Shown: piece after piece, positions 13,129 through 25,770 of the stretch
How the letters are laid out: each line of letters begins with the position of its first letter
How positions within the stretch are numbered: position 1 is the first letter of the stretch
DNA from: Octopus bimaculoides
Lineage: Eukaryota
DNA: 64,000 bases
NCBI RefSeq assembly: GCF_001194135.2
Contig: NC_068989.1
Span: 49,475,976 to 49,539,975, forward strand
Direction: 5' to 3'
Translations under genes and position numbers: made by a program
Notes under the pieces: model-generated
What the model was told of the DNA's origin: nothing
What the model saw: the letters and a program-made list of their open reading frames with translations, nothing else
The model's database searches: none

Positions 13129-13689
13129 AATTATTATTACTACTATTATTATTGTAATAGTAGTTATGGCAGCAGCAGCAGTAGTAAAATAATATATCTA
13201 TATACAAACAATACCAGTAATTATAATGATATTGATAACAATACAGATGGGAAAGTCAATATGAATAATACTAATAAAACGTTCTTTATTGTTAGTATCT
13301 TTAATGTTTTATTAGTGTTATTAACAATGTCAATAACATTATGATTACTGGTATTATTAGTGCGTATATGTACTATTTTACAACTAGAACTGCTTCTTTT
13401 ACTGACTTTACTGCTACTACTGTCACAATAACTACTGTAGTAGTAGTAGGAGGAGGAGGAGGAGGGGTAGTGGTAGTAGTACAGGGGTATGCACTGTAAC
13501 AATACACCACTGTGCATCCACTATTTAATGATTCTCTACACCTGGCAGATAAGATCGTTACACCTCTCAGGCAACAACCCTCCACCTCATGAATCTGTTT
13601 CGGTGGTCGTTGCTGGTGAGGATTTTACAAGGTCAGAGTGCAATTCCTGCCTCAACCTCTCATGCAGAGAAAATGCATCTTTTTTTTTT

Positions 13690-13850
13690 TTTTGTTTTAC
13701 TGGTTCTCACACAGCACTAGAGCAATGTGAAATGAAGGATTTTGCTCAAGAACATAACATGCTACCTGGACCTGGAATTGAACTCACAATCTAGCTACCA
13801 TGAGTGCAACACCATAATGACAAGGCTACATGCCTTCACACTGTATGAAA
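13690..13850 (-). mobile_element. MIR/CORE-like tRNA-SINE head
   Basis: GAGCAATGTGAAATGAAG..TTGCTCAAGAACA..GGAATTGAACTCAC..ATGAGTGCAACAC; same family in + orientation at 38060-38210. Confidence 0.6.
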
Positions 13851-14137
13851 TGGTGAAATTCCAATGGAGCAATGAACTGGTTTTCATTCCTAATTAAAAC
13901 CATTTCACACACCGTTAATGCACTTGAATGAAAACATAAAATTATAGTACCATACTTCACAGAAGATATTCTGGTTTACTAACACCAGTCATTTTCCTCA
14001 TTATTACTGTTACAAAGATGGACACCAAGGCAAAATAGATAAGAAGTCTCCAAAGTAGATCATGGTACCCCAAGCAATCTTTGAATAACATCAACAACGA
14101 TAACAAAAATAATTTCTTTTTGTAATATGTAATAAAG

Positions 14138-14337
14138 TGGCAAGCCCGCAGAATTGTTAGCATATCAAGCAACAAGCTTAGTGTCATTTCTTCCATCTTC
14201 AAATTTCACTGAGGTCAACTTTTCCCTTCATCCTTTCAGGGTTGATAAAATAAGTACCAGTTGAGCACTAGGGGTTGATGTAATTGACTTATCTCCTCCC
14301 CAAAATTGATGGCCCTGTACCAAAATTTGAAACCAGT
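14138..14337 (+). mobile_element. tRNA-derived SINE, family 1
   Basis: GCAGAATTGTTAGCAT..TTCAAATTTCACTGAGGTCAACTT..GTACCAGTTGAGCACTAGGGGTTGATG..AAAATTTGAAACCA. Confidence 0.8.
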
Positions 14338-14449
14338 ATGTAATATGTGACTTACAAAATCTACTTATATATAAATAAGGTCTACAACATATACTGAGTG
14401 ATTTCTCAAGTTTGTACATCCAAATGCATCGATGTATATGCATAGATGC

Positions 14450-14600
14450 GGGCATGGCTGTGTGGTTAGGAAACTTGCTTCCCAGCTACATGGTTTCAGG
14501 TTCAGTCCCACCACATGGCACCTTGGGCAAGTGTCTTCTGCTATAGCCCCAGGCCGACCAAAGCTTTGTGATTTAATTTGGTAGGCGGAAGTTACTGCCG
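14450..14600 (+). mobile_element. tRNA-derived SINE, family 2, 5' part
   Basis: GCATGGCTGTGTGGTTAGGAAACTTGCTTCCC..GGTTCAGTCCCACC..GGCACCTTGGGCAAGTGTCTTCT. Confidence 0.8.
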
Positions 14601-14834
14601 CGTGTGTATATGTCTGTGTATGTGCTTGTGCCTCTCTCCGAAAGAGAGAGAGAGAGGGATATACATATAATGTTTGTGTGTATGTATATATTTATATATA
14701 TATACATATATACATATATATATATACATATATANNNNNNNNNNNNNNNNNNNNNNNNNNNNNNNNNNNNNNNNNNNNNNNNNNNNNNNNNNNNNNNNNN
14801 NNNNNNNNNNNNNNNNNNNNNNNNNNNNNNNNNN

Positions 14835-14873
<39 letters not shown>

Positions 14874-15653
14874 TACATACACAATAGAGCCTGTTGTGGG
14901 CCCTGACCTTACTAGCTCCAGTCAAACTGTCCAACCCATACCAGCATGCACAATGGATATAAGTGCCATCAACATTACATTTTAATGCCTTTTATTCATG
15001 CTTCCATGGGTCAAGTGACATCACTGAGGCAGATTTTCTATGTCTGGATACACTTCTTGTCACCAATATTGACCTGTTTTGAAGCAAGGTAATATTTCCC
15101 TTAGTCTTTAAAGCATGGGACAGCACAAATGGCAGGACATATTTTTACCCTGCTAGTCTGATGATGACATTTGTTTACAAATAATACATGATGTAAAGAT
15201 GAGACATGAATGCACACACACACACACACATATATTCAACTGGCTTATATCAGTTTCCTTCTACTAATCCACTAACAAGGCTTGAGTTAGCCTGGGGTTA
15301 TAGAAGAAGATTTATCCAAAGTGGTGTGCAGTAAGACTAAATCTGAAACCATGTAGTTGTGAAGCATACTTAATCATGCAGCCATAGCTGCATCTAGTGT
15401 GTGTGAGTATGCCTGCCTGTATGTATGTATGTATGTATGTACACATACACACACACAAACTAACACTGAATGTCTTAAAACAAATTTGACTAAATTAGAG
15501 AGAAAAAAATTCCTCAAGAATGTCAATTGTTCAACAAAACCCCAAGAAGTTTGATAAACAAAAAAGAAACAAATTTAAGAAAATAATGCAGAACATATAT
15601 TGTTCATACAGAAAGAAAAAATAGTAATTTTATTAACATTTTATCAATTATGG

Positions 15654-15700
<47 letters not shown>

Positions 15701-16239
15701 TGTGTGTATGTGTGTGTGTTGGTTAATGTTTATCGTTTCGAAAATTATTTTTCATTTAAAACAGCAAAAAATAAAATGTCAAATGCAAATCACATTCTAA
15801 AATGTTGCTAACATTATTAAATAATACATATATTTGAATTAAATTTCAATTCTTAATAGATTTTTATTATCTATTAATCCCTGATTAATGAGAATAGAAT
15901 TAATTTTGTAATAATTCTAAGAAATGTTGCTTCTATATTTATGTAACATCAGAGTAAGAAAAAAATATGATAAAAAGAGTAACTAAGTGGATGGGTTATA
16001 AATTGGCATCTGAAAAGAAATGATTTTACTTCTGGTGTGATATGAAGGAGAACTTGCTCATTTGAGATATTGCCTTCTTTTTTTTTAAACCACAGACTAT
16101 AAAAGCACAAGAGAGATGTCTCCTCCATAGAAATCTTACTCTGGATAATAATACCATCAAGGGAATGTTTGGGGTAGAAATGATGCCAGCTGAAGAATTA
16201 TTCCAAAGAACCATGAGTTCATGTTCAACACTTTTTTAG

Positions 16240-16399
16240 CTTGTGAAGACCTATTGGGGCAAGCGAAAGCGAAATCGTGATGGCACCTGTGCCGCCTTTC
16301 TGGCACTTGTGTAAGGACTTTCGAGCGAGATCATTGCCAGTGCCCCTGGACTGGCTCTTGTGCGGGTGGCACATAAAATACACCATTTTGAGCGTGGCC
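16240..16399 (+). mobile_element. SINE family 3 fragment running into gap
   Basis: GAAGACCT..GATGGCACCTGTGCC..GACTGGCTCTTGTGCGGGTGGCACATAAAA..CACC, related to 19965-20280. Confidence 0.6.
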
Positions 16400-19300
16400 N
16401 NNNNNNNNNNNNNNNNNNNNNNNNNNNNNNNNNNNNNNNNNNNNNNNNNNNNNNNNNNNNNNNNNNNNNNNNNNNNNNNNNNNNNNNNNNNNNNNNNNNN
16501 NNNNNNNNNNNNNNNNNNNNNNNNNNNNNNNNNNNNNNNNNNNNNNNNNNNNNNNNNNNNNNNNNNNNNNNNNNNNNNNNNNNNNNNNNNNNNNNNNNNN
16601 NNNNNNNNNNNNNNNNNNNNNNNNNNNNNNNNNNNNNNNNNNNNNNNNNNNNNNNNNNNNNNNNNNNNNNNNNNNNNNNNNNNNNNNNNNNNNNNNNNNN
16701 NNNNNNNNNNNNNNNNNNNNNNNNNNNNNNNNNNNNNNNNNNNNNNNNNNNNNNNNNATATATATATATATATAATGATTCACCCACAGGAGGAACATTG
16801 TCCTCAGCTGTATATTATGGAGGTTTACTTGCTTGACAAGTATTTTGATCTAGATCATGTGTTGAAACTAAAATGATTGCAAGTTAGCCATTCAGAAATG
16901 TCACACAAAGACTGGTAAATTACTGCACAGTGAAAGGGTCACGGTTTTGAGTACTGCTTCAGTGAAGTTAATGTCTGTGTTTCTGAATGGCCTAATTTGT
17001 GTTTTTCATGCTGTAACCAGTTAATATATATTTTCAGTCAGTGGAATGCAACACATTCAGGAACTGCCTTTATTCTCTTACGCGTTTCGATCATTTGACT
17101 GTGGTCATGCTGGAGCACCACCTTGAAGGGTTTAAGTCGAAAAAAATCAACCCTAGGACTTATTCTTTGTAAGGCGAGTACTTGTTTTATCAGTCTCTTT
17201 TGCCAAACTGCAAAGTTACAGGGGCAAAGACACCAAAATATACCGAATATGCTCCTTTGTCACTTCCATTGTAGCTTTCAAAAAATAACTGTTAAAAATT
17301 GAACTGCACTTGTCAAAACTTGCACTAAGAATAAGTACAAGGTAAAATTACTACCTGCTTTTATAGCAAGTTGATGCAGGTAGTTTATCACATCCCTCTC
17401 CAACTTGTAGCTCATGCAATTGAAAAAACTGCATTATTTATGGGATGATCCAATATACATACACACACACACACAACAGGCTTCTTTCAGATTCCATCTA
17501 TCAAATGCACTCACAAGGTTTTCGTCAGCCTGAGGTTATAGCAGAAGACACTTCTGGCCAAAGGTGTCACACACTGAACCTGGAGTTATGTGGTTGGGAA
17601 GGAAACTTCTTACCACACAGCCATGCCTCAAATAAATTAACCTCTTTGTCTACTAGTCTCTTTTTGCCAAACAGCTTAGTTACACAGACATTAACAAACC
17701 ACCACTGGTTGTCAAGTGGTGGTGGGGTACAAAGACACACACAGAGACACACTCTCTCTCTCTCTATATATATATATATATNNNNNNNNNNNNNNNNNNN
17801 NNNNNNNNNNNNNNNNNNNNNNNNNNNNNNNNNNNNNNNNNNNNNNNNNNNNNNNNNNNNNNNNNNNNNNNNNNNNNNNNNNNNNNNNNNNNNNNNNNNN
17901 NNNNNNNNNNNNNNNNNNNNNNNNNNNNNNNNNNNNNNNNNNNNNNNNNNNNNNNNNNNNNNNNNNNNNNNNNNNNNNNNNNNNNNNNNNNNNNNNNNNN
18001 NNNNNNNNNNNNNNNNNNNNNNNNNNNNNNNNNNNNNNNNNNNNNNNNNNNNNNNNNNNNNNNNNNNNNNNNNNNNNNNNNNNNNNNNNNNNNNNNNNNN
18101 NNNNNNNNNNNNNNNNNNNNNNNNNNNNNNNNNNNNNNNNNNNNNNNNNNNNNNNNNNNNNNNNNNNNNNNNNNNNNNNNNNNNNNNNNNNNNNNNNNNN
18201 NNNNNNNNNNNNNNNNNNNNNNNNNNNNNNNNNNNNNNNNNNNNNNNNNNNNNNNNNNNNNNNNNNNNNNNNNNNNNNNNNNNNNNNNNNNNNNNNNNNN
18301 NNNNNNNNNNNNNNNNNNNNNNNNNNNNNNNNNNNNNNNNNNNNNNNNNNNNNNNNNNNNNNNNNNNNNNNNNNNNNATATATATATATATATATAATGG
18401 ATTTCTTCCAGTTTCTATCTACCAAATTCACTCAACGCTTTGGTCAGCCTGGAGCTATATCAGAAAACACTTGTCTGAGGTGCCAAACCTGGAACTGTGA
18501 GGTTTGGAAGCAAGCTTCTCACTGCACAACCACATCTGCACCTATAAAAATTTAATCTTACCTCAAAGTAGAGACCTACCCCAAATGCTTACAACAGAGT
18601 AGTTTCCACAAAAGGCACCCAAGACAAGAGTCAGGTGATAGTGTTAAACAAGACAACAAACTAGGTTTGTCGACCAGCTTCCATCAACCAAATTTCAGTC
18701 TCAATGATATTATCAATGTAAACAACATTTGCAATATGATGTGCCTTGGGCTGAATACTGAATAAGTCCTGATGTTTGGTATAGTACAATAGTACAAAAA
18801 TTCTCTTAGATTTAAAAAGTTAGATAAAAGAACAAAACGCTCATTGTATTTCATTTTGCTTTTTTCTCTACTAAATCAGACAAAACTGATGTGCTACCAG
18901 CTAATTTCAGTTCATATAGCATTACAGACATAAAATACACTTCTTTATAGCTATGATGCTTGTCTAGTGCAATGATATATTGTCGTGAAATGAAACGTGT
19001 ACAGTTACTGGGGAGCAATGAGATACGCAAAATCTAATGAACAATATGAAACAGATTCCATATGGGCGAATTCAGAATAAGTTTAGCTATCACAGGTATA
19101 AGGCAAATAAAATGTTGAGGTCAATTTTCTACAGTTGTTGCCAACCCTTACTTGTTTCCTAGCAAAGTAATATTTCCCTCATGGAAGGACAGGTTTCAAT
19201 GAAAGACTGAAAATGCAGATCACAATTGGTATGACAGTGACAGGCAAGGACACACACACATATTGTATAGGTGCAATAAGAAGTTTGTTTTTCAATCACA

Positions 19301-19810
19301 TGATTCTGGGTTTTAATATTTAATATATGACTAAGGTGACAAGCTGGCAGAATTGTTAGGATGCCAAGCAACATGCTTAGCAACACCTTATCGAAGTGTC
19401 TTCTACTACAGCCTCAGCCTAACCAAAGCCTTGTGAATGGATTTGGTAGACAGAAACTGAAAGAAGCATGTCAAGTATGTGTATTTGTGTGTGTGGTGTC
19501 TTTGTGACTGTGCTTATCCCCCACCACAGTGTTGGTGTGTTTATGTCCCCATAACTTAGCAATTCATCAAAAAAGAATGATAGAAAAAGTACCAGGCTAA
19601 AAGAAAAAAAAAAAAAAAAAAAAAANNNNNNNNNNNNNNNNNNNNNNNNNNNNNNNNNNNNNNNNNNNNNNNNNNNNNNNNNNNNNNNNNNNNNNNNNNN
19701 NNNNNNNNNNNNNNNNNNNNNNNNNNNNNNNNNNNNNNNNNNNNNNNNNNNNNNNNNNNNNNNNNNNNNNNNNNNNNNNNNNNNNNNNNNNNNNNNNNNN
19801 NNNNNNNNNN

Positions 19811-19888
<78 letters not shown>

Positions 19889-19964
19889 CATTGCAAGCAA
19901 GCAAGTAAGATTGAAGTTCGTTTTAATGTAATATAGATATATATACATAAATATATACATAGCA

Positions 19965-20280
19965 CCATTTGAATATTGGGCCTCATGGAGGCAATGACAG
20001 GTGACTGAGATCTTTGGCAATATACCATGCTTGAGAAGGCCTGTCAAGCCAAGTGAGATCGTAGTTGTGGTCAATGCCGGTGTCATGTAACTGGCATGTA
20101 AAAAACACCCACTACACTCTTGGAGTGGTTGGCACAAAGAAGGGCATGCAGCTGGAGAAACCATGCCAAATCAGACTGGAACCAGGTGCAGCTCCCCAGC
20201 TTACCAGTTCCAATCAAACCATCCTACTCATGCCAGTATGGAAAGCAGACATTAAATGATAATGAGGATGAAGATATACA
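19965..20280 (+). mobile_element. SINE family 3
   Basis: TTGAGAAGGCCTGTCAAGCCAAGTG..AAAAACACCCACTACACTCTTGGAGTGGTTGGC..AGAAACCATGCC..GGAAAGCAGACATTAAATGAT tail; shorter copies at 22130-22300 and 23645-23820. Confidence 0.8.
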
Positions 20281-22962
20281 TGCATACAACACACAATGTT
20301 TTTCTTTCAGTCTCCATCAACTAAATTCACTCAAAAAAACTTTGCTTAGCCAAGGGCTATAATAGAAGAAACTTGCCCAGAGTGCCACACAGTGAAACTG
20401 AAAGCTAACTTCTTAACTATACAGATATGCATGTGTCATTACATCTATAAAATAATTAGTTTCAATGTTCTAGAATGGATAGTTCTTGATAATTAAATGA
20501 CCTAATTAGCAGTGGAAGAGGATGTTCGAAAGTTATGGTGGTTAGAATAAGAACAGATATGGTAAAAATATAGATAATGTAGATACAGATGGCTTGAGAG
20601 AAATAAGACTGACTGTTCCAGTAACGGCCGGGCCAATTCTGAGTTACAAAAGTCATAAAGGAAAGGTTAATAAAACTAAAAGCTGATGGTGCATAGTAGT
20701 TGAGGTAGTGGTAGGCTAAGAGATATATATATGGAATGAAGTTATTGAACATGACAGAAGAATTAATAAATGACAAAAGACAACTGAAGAGATTCAATAT
20801 TGTGGAGCTAGATAGATAACCAGCAAACTAGCCAATCAATGCCAGCATGGAAAAAACAGATGTAAACTGACAACAATGATAATTTCAAAAAGGCTGCACA
20901 ATAGGAATGGTGAGAGATTGACTGATTGATTGACTGGCAGAAATAGACTATTCTGTGTTCAATGTCAGATGTAATGCACATTGATCAAAAGTAGTGTTGA
21001 AGTGGAGTCAGAGAGAGAGAGGGAGGGAGAGGAAGGAGAGAAAGAGAGAGATAGCTTGAAAAAGAATAGCAGTGATGGAAGGAAGGGGGACAAAATGTAA
21101 CGTACCTTAGCAGAGTTAATTAACATTCAGAAGTAGCAAAAACTAACAATAATGTTAGAAATTGAATTTGATAAATATAGAGAACATAGTATAAAAAAGT
21201 GGAAGAGTCAAATGCAGGAATGGGTGTAGAGTTAAAAAGTTCACTTCTTGGCTGTGTGGTTTTGGATCCATTCCTACTGCACACCACCTTATGTAAATGT
21301 CTTCTAGAGCAGCCTTGAACTGACTGTCTTGTGAGTGAATTTGGTAGAAACTGCACAAAGCCAGTCATGTGTTTGTCTGTGTGTATGTGTGTGTGTGTGT
21401 GTGTGAATGTAAATATTCATAAATTGGGACAGTGAATTACAAAAGGTAAAGTTTGTTTTCTCTCAACAAATCACCTGATAGATTTGCAGTTTCAAAATTA
21501 AGTGGAATAAAAGTCCTGTATTTGGAAACCAGGTAAGGGTTTGTAACTGGAAAGTCATCCAGTAATAAAAAAAAAAATGCCTCATAAATATATGTTTATC
21601 CAAACCCTGCAGGCATAGAAAAGCAGATGTAAAACAAATACAAGAAGAGTACTAATGTTGTGGGGGGGAAAAAATCATGACTAATTATAATACTCTATCT
21701 TGCAATCTATAAATATTTGAGGCTTCATATATCATGTGCATGTACTTGTGTACTTTAAAATTTAGAGTAGGAAGGGATTGCCACACAACATTAGGACCTT
21801 CGAGGAGGAAGTTGTTCTCATATCAAATATCTGATGCAATGCTTGCGACAGAGAGCACTATGCTAAAGGCACCCAAAGGTTAGATGGAATTATTAAACTA
21901 GACAGTAGAATATGTCTACTGCCTAAAAGATGCAGTGTGATGCTTATGGCAAGACACTGAATTGCACACTGGTAAAACTGTTTCAAAAATAGGGAAACAC
22001 ACATGTTTAAACTTTTAATGAAGAGTAAGCTGATGACACTAATCTATAAAAATACAGAAATATAAAAATATCAAATATACATTATGCATATTAGCATGAA
22101 TCTGTGTAAAATGGAAACATACACAAATGTACTGGTGGCATGTAAAAAGCACCCAGCACACTCTGTAAATTAGGAAAGGCATCTAGCTGTAGAAACCATG
22201 CCACCTCAGACAATTTGGAGTCTGGACAGCTCCTGTGAAACCGTCCAGCTAATACCAGCATGGAAAACAGATGCTAAACCATGATGACGATGATGGTGAT
22301 GCCAATATAGAAATAAAATTAGAAAAAGTTGGATATAAATTTATGTAAATTCTTCTCCATCCATGCAGAAAGATACAAATTTCAATATCAATAGATAATA
22401 TAAGCAAGTCAACCAGAATACACACACTTTGGAGTCACTTCTATCCAACAGCACCAATGACACACAATTATTCATTGCAGACACCAGCCACACCACACAC
22501 AGAGTAGGTGTACATACTATATAACTTATATAAACAGCTCCATCTATCCCTTTCTGCTTAAATGAAGTAGGATCAGTAAGGTCACTTGAAATGACTACAT
22601 TACAGTAGTACATTTCTCTGTAAGAATGTAATGACATGACACTCGACATCATGTCTGGTTTATTCTTCTTTCAAACAGAATGTACAAATATTTGATTGAC
22701 AGGTTATCACCTGTGTTTTCATAATATATACCAAACCGGTAATTTGAGGTGAAGTTCTGAAGGCAACTTCTCATCTTTATTTATCTTATGATGTTATAAA
22801 AACTTATCGACATGCAGCATTTCTTTTCACACCTACCACTTCATTACTTTTTCATGTGTCTGTATTTGTAAAGGACAAATACTTGATATACATGTAAGGT
22901 TATTTTATTTATTTATTTTATTTTTTTTTTTGGATATAGTGCATGTGTGTGTGTGCGTGTGT

Positions 22963-23005
<43 letters not shown>

Positions 23006-25009
23006 GGAGAAAGTGTGTGTATGTCACATAGAATCAAAGCTATTATTTGTAGTTTCCCTTCACAGAATATTGGGAATTTAGTTTCATGTGTATCACATGC
23101 TGGCGTTAGTATCTAATTATTCTTTTCAAAGAATTCTTTTAACAGTCATATAGATTTTTTTTTCATTCAGTATCTAAGAAAATCATAGGAAGCATAAATC
23201 ATCACAACCAATTAAGTGTAAAAAATAAAAATAATTCATTCAGAAAATTTGAGATCATATCAACTAATATGTAAAATGGTAAGAAGTGTCATCAGGTGAT
23301 TTTCAAGAAAAACATTTAAATTTAACAAACTTTTCTATTGTCTGTTGACTTCTAATACATTAATCTCATTATGCTTTCATTTTGAAATGTTTAATGATAC
23401 ACAGCCATTTCCACATCACTATTATTTCAAGAACCCTAGAATATGTATACATGTAGATGCCACATCTATCAAACTGATATATTTATATGAGTATATATGT
23501 ACTTGCATATAATCATACTTCAGTCTTTCAATGCCTGTTATAAAGCCACTCCTCTCCACTGTCTCCTTCCAAATACTTTCTCTTAGAAGTGGGAGTTTTT
23601 TCCTTTTCCTTTGTTCTTTAATGTCTTGCAAGTTTCATGGCAACCTCACTGGTACCACTAGAATGTAAAGTGGCTGGTGTTAGGTAGAATATTCAACTGT
23701 AGAAACCATGCCAATGAAGACACTGGAGCTTGATACAACCTTGCAGCTCATCAGTCCCCAGTCAAACCATCAAACCCATGCCAGCATAGAAGTGGACATG
23801 AGAAGATGATGATGATGGGCATAGTTTTGGGCTCAGATCCATTGCATAGTATCTCCGACAAGTATCGTTTACTACAACCTTGAAACAACCAAAGCCTTGC
23901 AAATGAATTTGATAGGCAGGAACTTGAAGATGGCCCATCAAGTAAGCATGCTTATATATGCATACACATGGATGTATAGATGTACATGTGCATGTATGTT
24001 GGTGGACGTTAAGACAAAGATGATGACATATCATTTCAGTCTGCCACTTTATGTTGACAAATACATTTTACTCTCCTCTCTATATACACATATATATGTA
24101 CATACATCTACAAATATATATGGACATATATACACACACATTACCTCGCTTGGAAACAGGTGGACATAGGTGGCAAGAAGGACCTACAGTCATAGATTAT
24201 CTACCGCAATGAATTCTGTATGATCCAGGAAGCATGGATAAATGGATATTGAAACGATGATGGCAATTGCAATATTGTATTTGCAGGTATTTTATTTTTC
24301 CTATGCACATACATATATATGCATCTATCAGTTTTAATACATATAGACATGAAATAACCATGTAGAAATAGTCACCTTTATACATGACTATCTTCATATC
24401 CTTTATAACAATGTTTTATTATAAATAGTGGACTTTTGTTCTGCTTTACACCTGCCAACTTCTCTTCCCACTGAATCATGTATAGGACTACAAGAGCTCT
24501 TTCTATTCCACAATGCCACAAGTCTATGTAAAAAAAAGAAAAAAAAAAGAAAAAAAAAAAACTTGGTCAATTGCAAAGTTACAGAAACAGCTGTTTCTGA
24601 GAATTGTGAACAAGTCTGGAAAAATGAAACAACACATACATATATTTTGGACTTTGTTTGTATTTGCATTTTTGTGTCACATACACACCAACACAATGTA
24701 CACACATGTATATATGTATGTTTTTACACACACACACATTTATATTTTATTGTATACACAAAGTATAGTGAAAGCAGGAAGTTTCCAAGGAGAGGAAATT
24801 ATGTTGGTAATGCATTAATATCAATGCATTTTTTATTTATATATGATTATCAATTAACCTTCCTCAATTCACGCCATACTGCTTTAAAATAGGACTACAC
24901 CATTGTAAATATACAGTGACCAAAAAAAGACCGAAATAGAAGACGAGAAGATTATGGTTTGAATATCTTTGATCATACGATTACCTAATTACAGTTGATT
25001 TAGTTTTAA

Positions 25010-25227
25010 CCCTTTAGCATTTAAACTGGCCGTATCTGGCCAAAATATTGTTTCTGTTTTATGTTCAAACTTGTGATCTAACACCTCACACCTGCCTTAC
25101 AATGTCATTTTAAAAATAAACAATCATATCATCAAAATCCTAAAGCTATGAAATAATATAAGATTAATTCAGAACAATGTGAATAAATAAGCCTTACATT
25201 TGACAGAATGATTTGAATGCTAAAGGG
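25010..25227. mobile_element. piggyBac-type MITE
   Basis: TIRs CCCTTTAGCATT / AATGCTAAAGGG with TTAA at 25006-25009 and 25228-25231 (CCC termini plus TTAA TSD are diagnostic of piggyBac). Confidence 0.9.
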
Positions 25228-25652
25228 TTAACAACAGAGTACTCCAAGGTCATCTCAAAGTTTTATCTTGCTAACAAAAAATGCTTCAGGGTAAAGGCAA
25301 GTATAATTTGTTAATTGTAACTTGTGTCTTTTTCAAAAACAAATTTTAACATTTTATCAATTTATTGAAATGTATAAAAACCTCTGTTTAATGCATTCAA
25401 ATCATCTCATCATTTTAATACATTAGTTTTTAAATGGTGAATCACAAGGGATATGCAGATGCACCACAAATTTTTAAAAACAATTTAAGGCTTTAGAAAA
25501 TCCACTCATATGTTCGAAAAAAAGAAAAAAACGTGTTATTTATGGCATTCAAAAAAGAATAATTGGAAATTTCCTAGTGCCTACAAAGAAAGTAATCCTT
25601 TCTGTACATTATTTACAATGGACAGATAAGTGTCCTCACCTTGTTTATTGCT

Positions 25653-25698
25653 ACCACAACATTTCAGCTGATGTACTCTCCAGCCTTCATCCGGTGTT
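25653..25698 (-). ncRNA. Degenerate minimal type I hammerhead ribozyme motif
   Basis: Minus strand AACAC-CGGATGA-A-GGCTG-GAGAGTACAT-CAGCT-GAAAT-GTT-GTGGT; U4>G lesion. Confidence 0.55.
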
Positions 25699-25724
25699 CT
25701 GGTAGAATTTTGAAATTCCACCAG

Positions 25725-25770
25725 AACACTTGATGAAGGCTGGAGAGTACATCAGCTGAAACTTTGTGAT
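25725..25770 (+). ncRNA. Degenerate minimal type I hammerhead ribozyme motif
   Basis: AACAC-TTGATGA-A-GGCTG-GAGAGTACAT-CAGCT-GAAAC-TTT-GTGAT; C3>U and stem III lesion. Confidence 0.6.

Noticed and set aside
13957-14090. Possible terminal exon encoding a TM helix (DLLWRLLIYFALVSIFVTVIMRK)
   Set aside because: Weak acceptor, abuts a SINE, no linkable upstream exon.
16096-16240. Exon-like segment after a good acceptor (TIKAQERCLLHRNLTLDNN..)
   Set aside because: No convincing donor and an unrecognised peptide; could not be joined to other exons.
22341-22652. 103-aa minus ORF with plausible splice sites
   Set aside because: No recognisable homology; composition is compatible with chance in TG-rich DNA.
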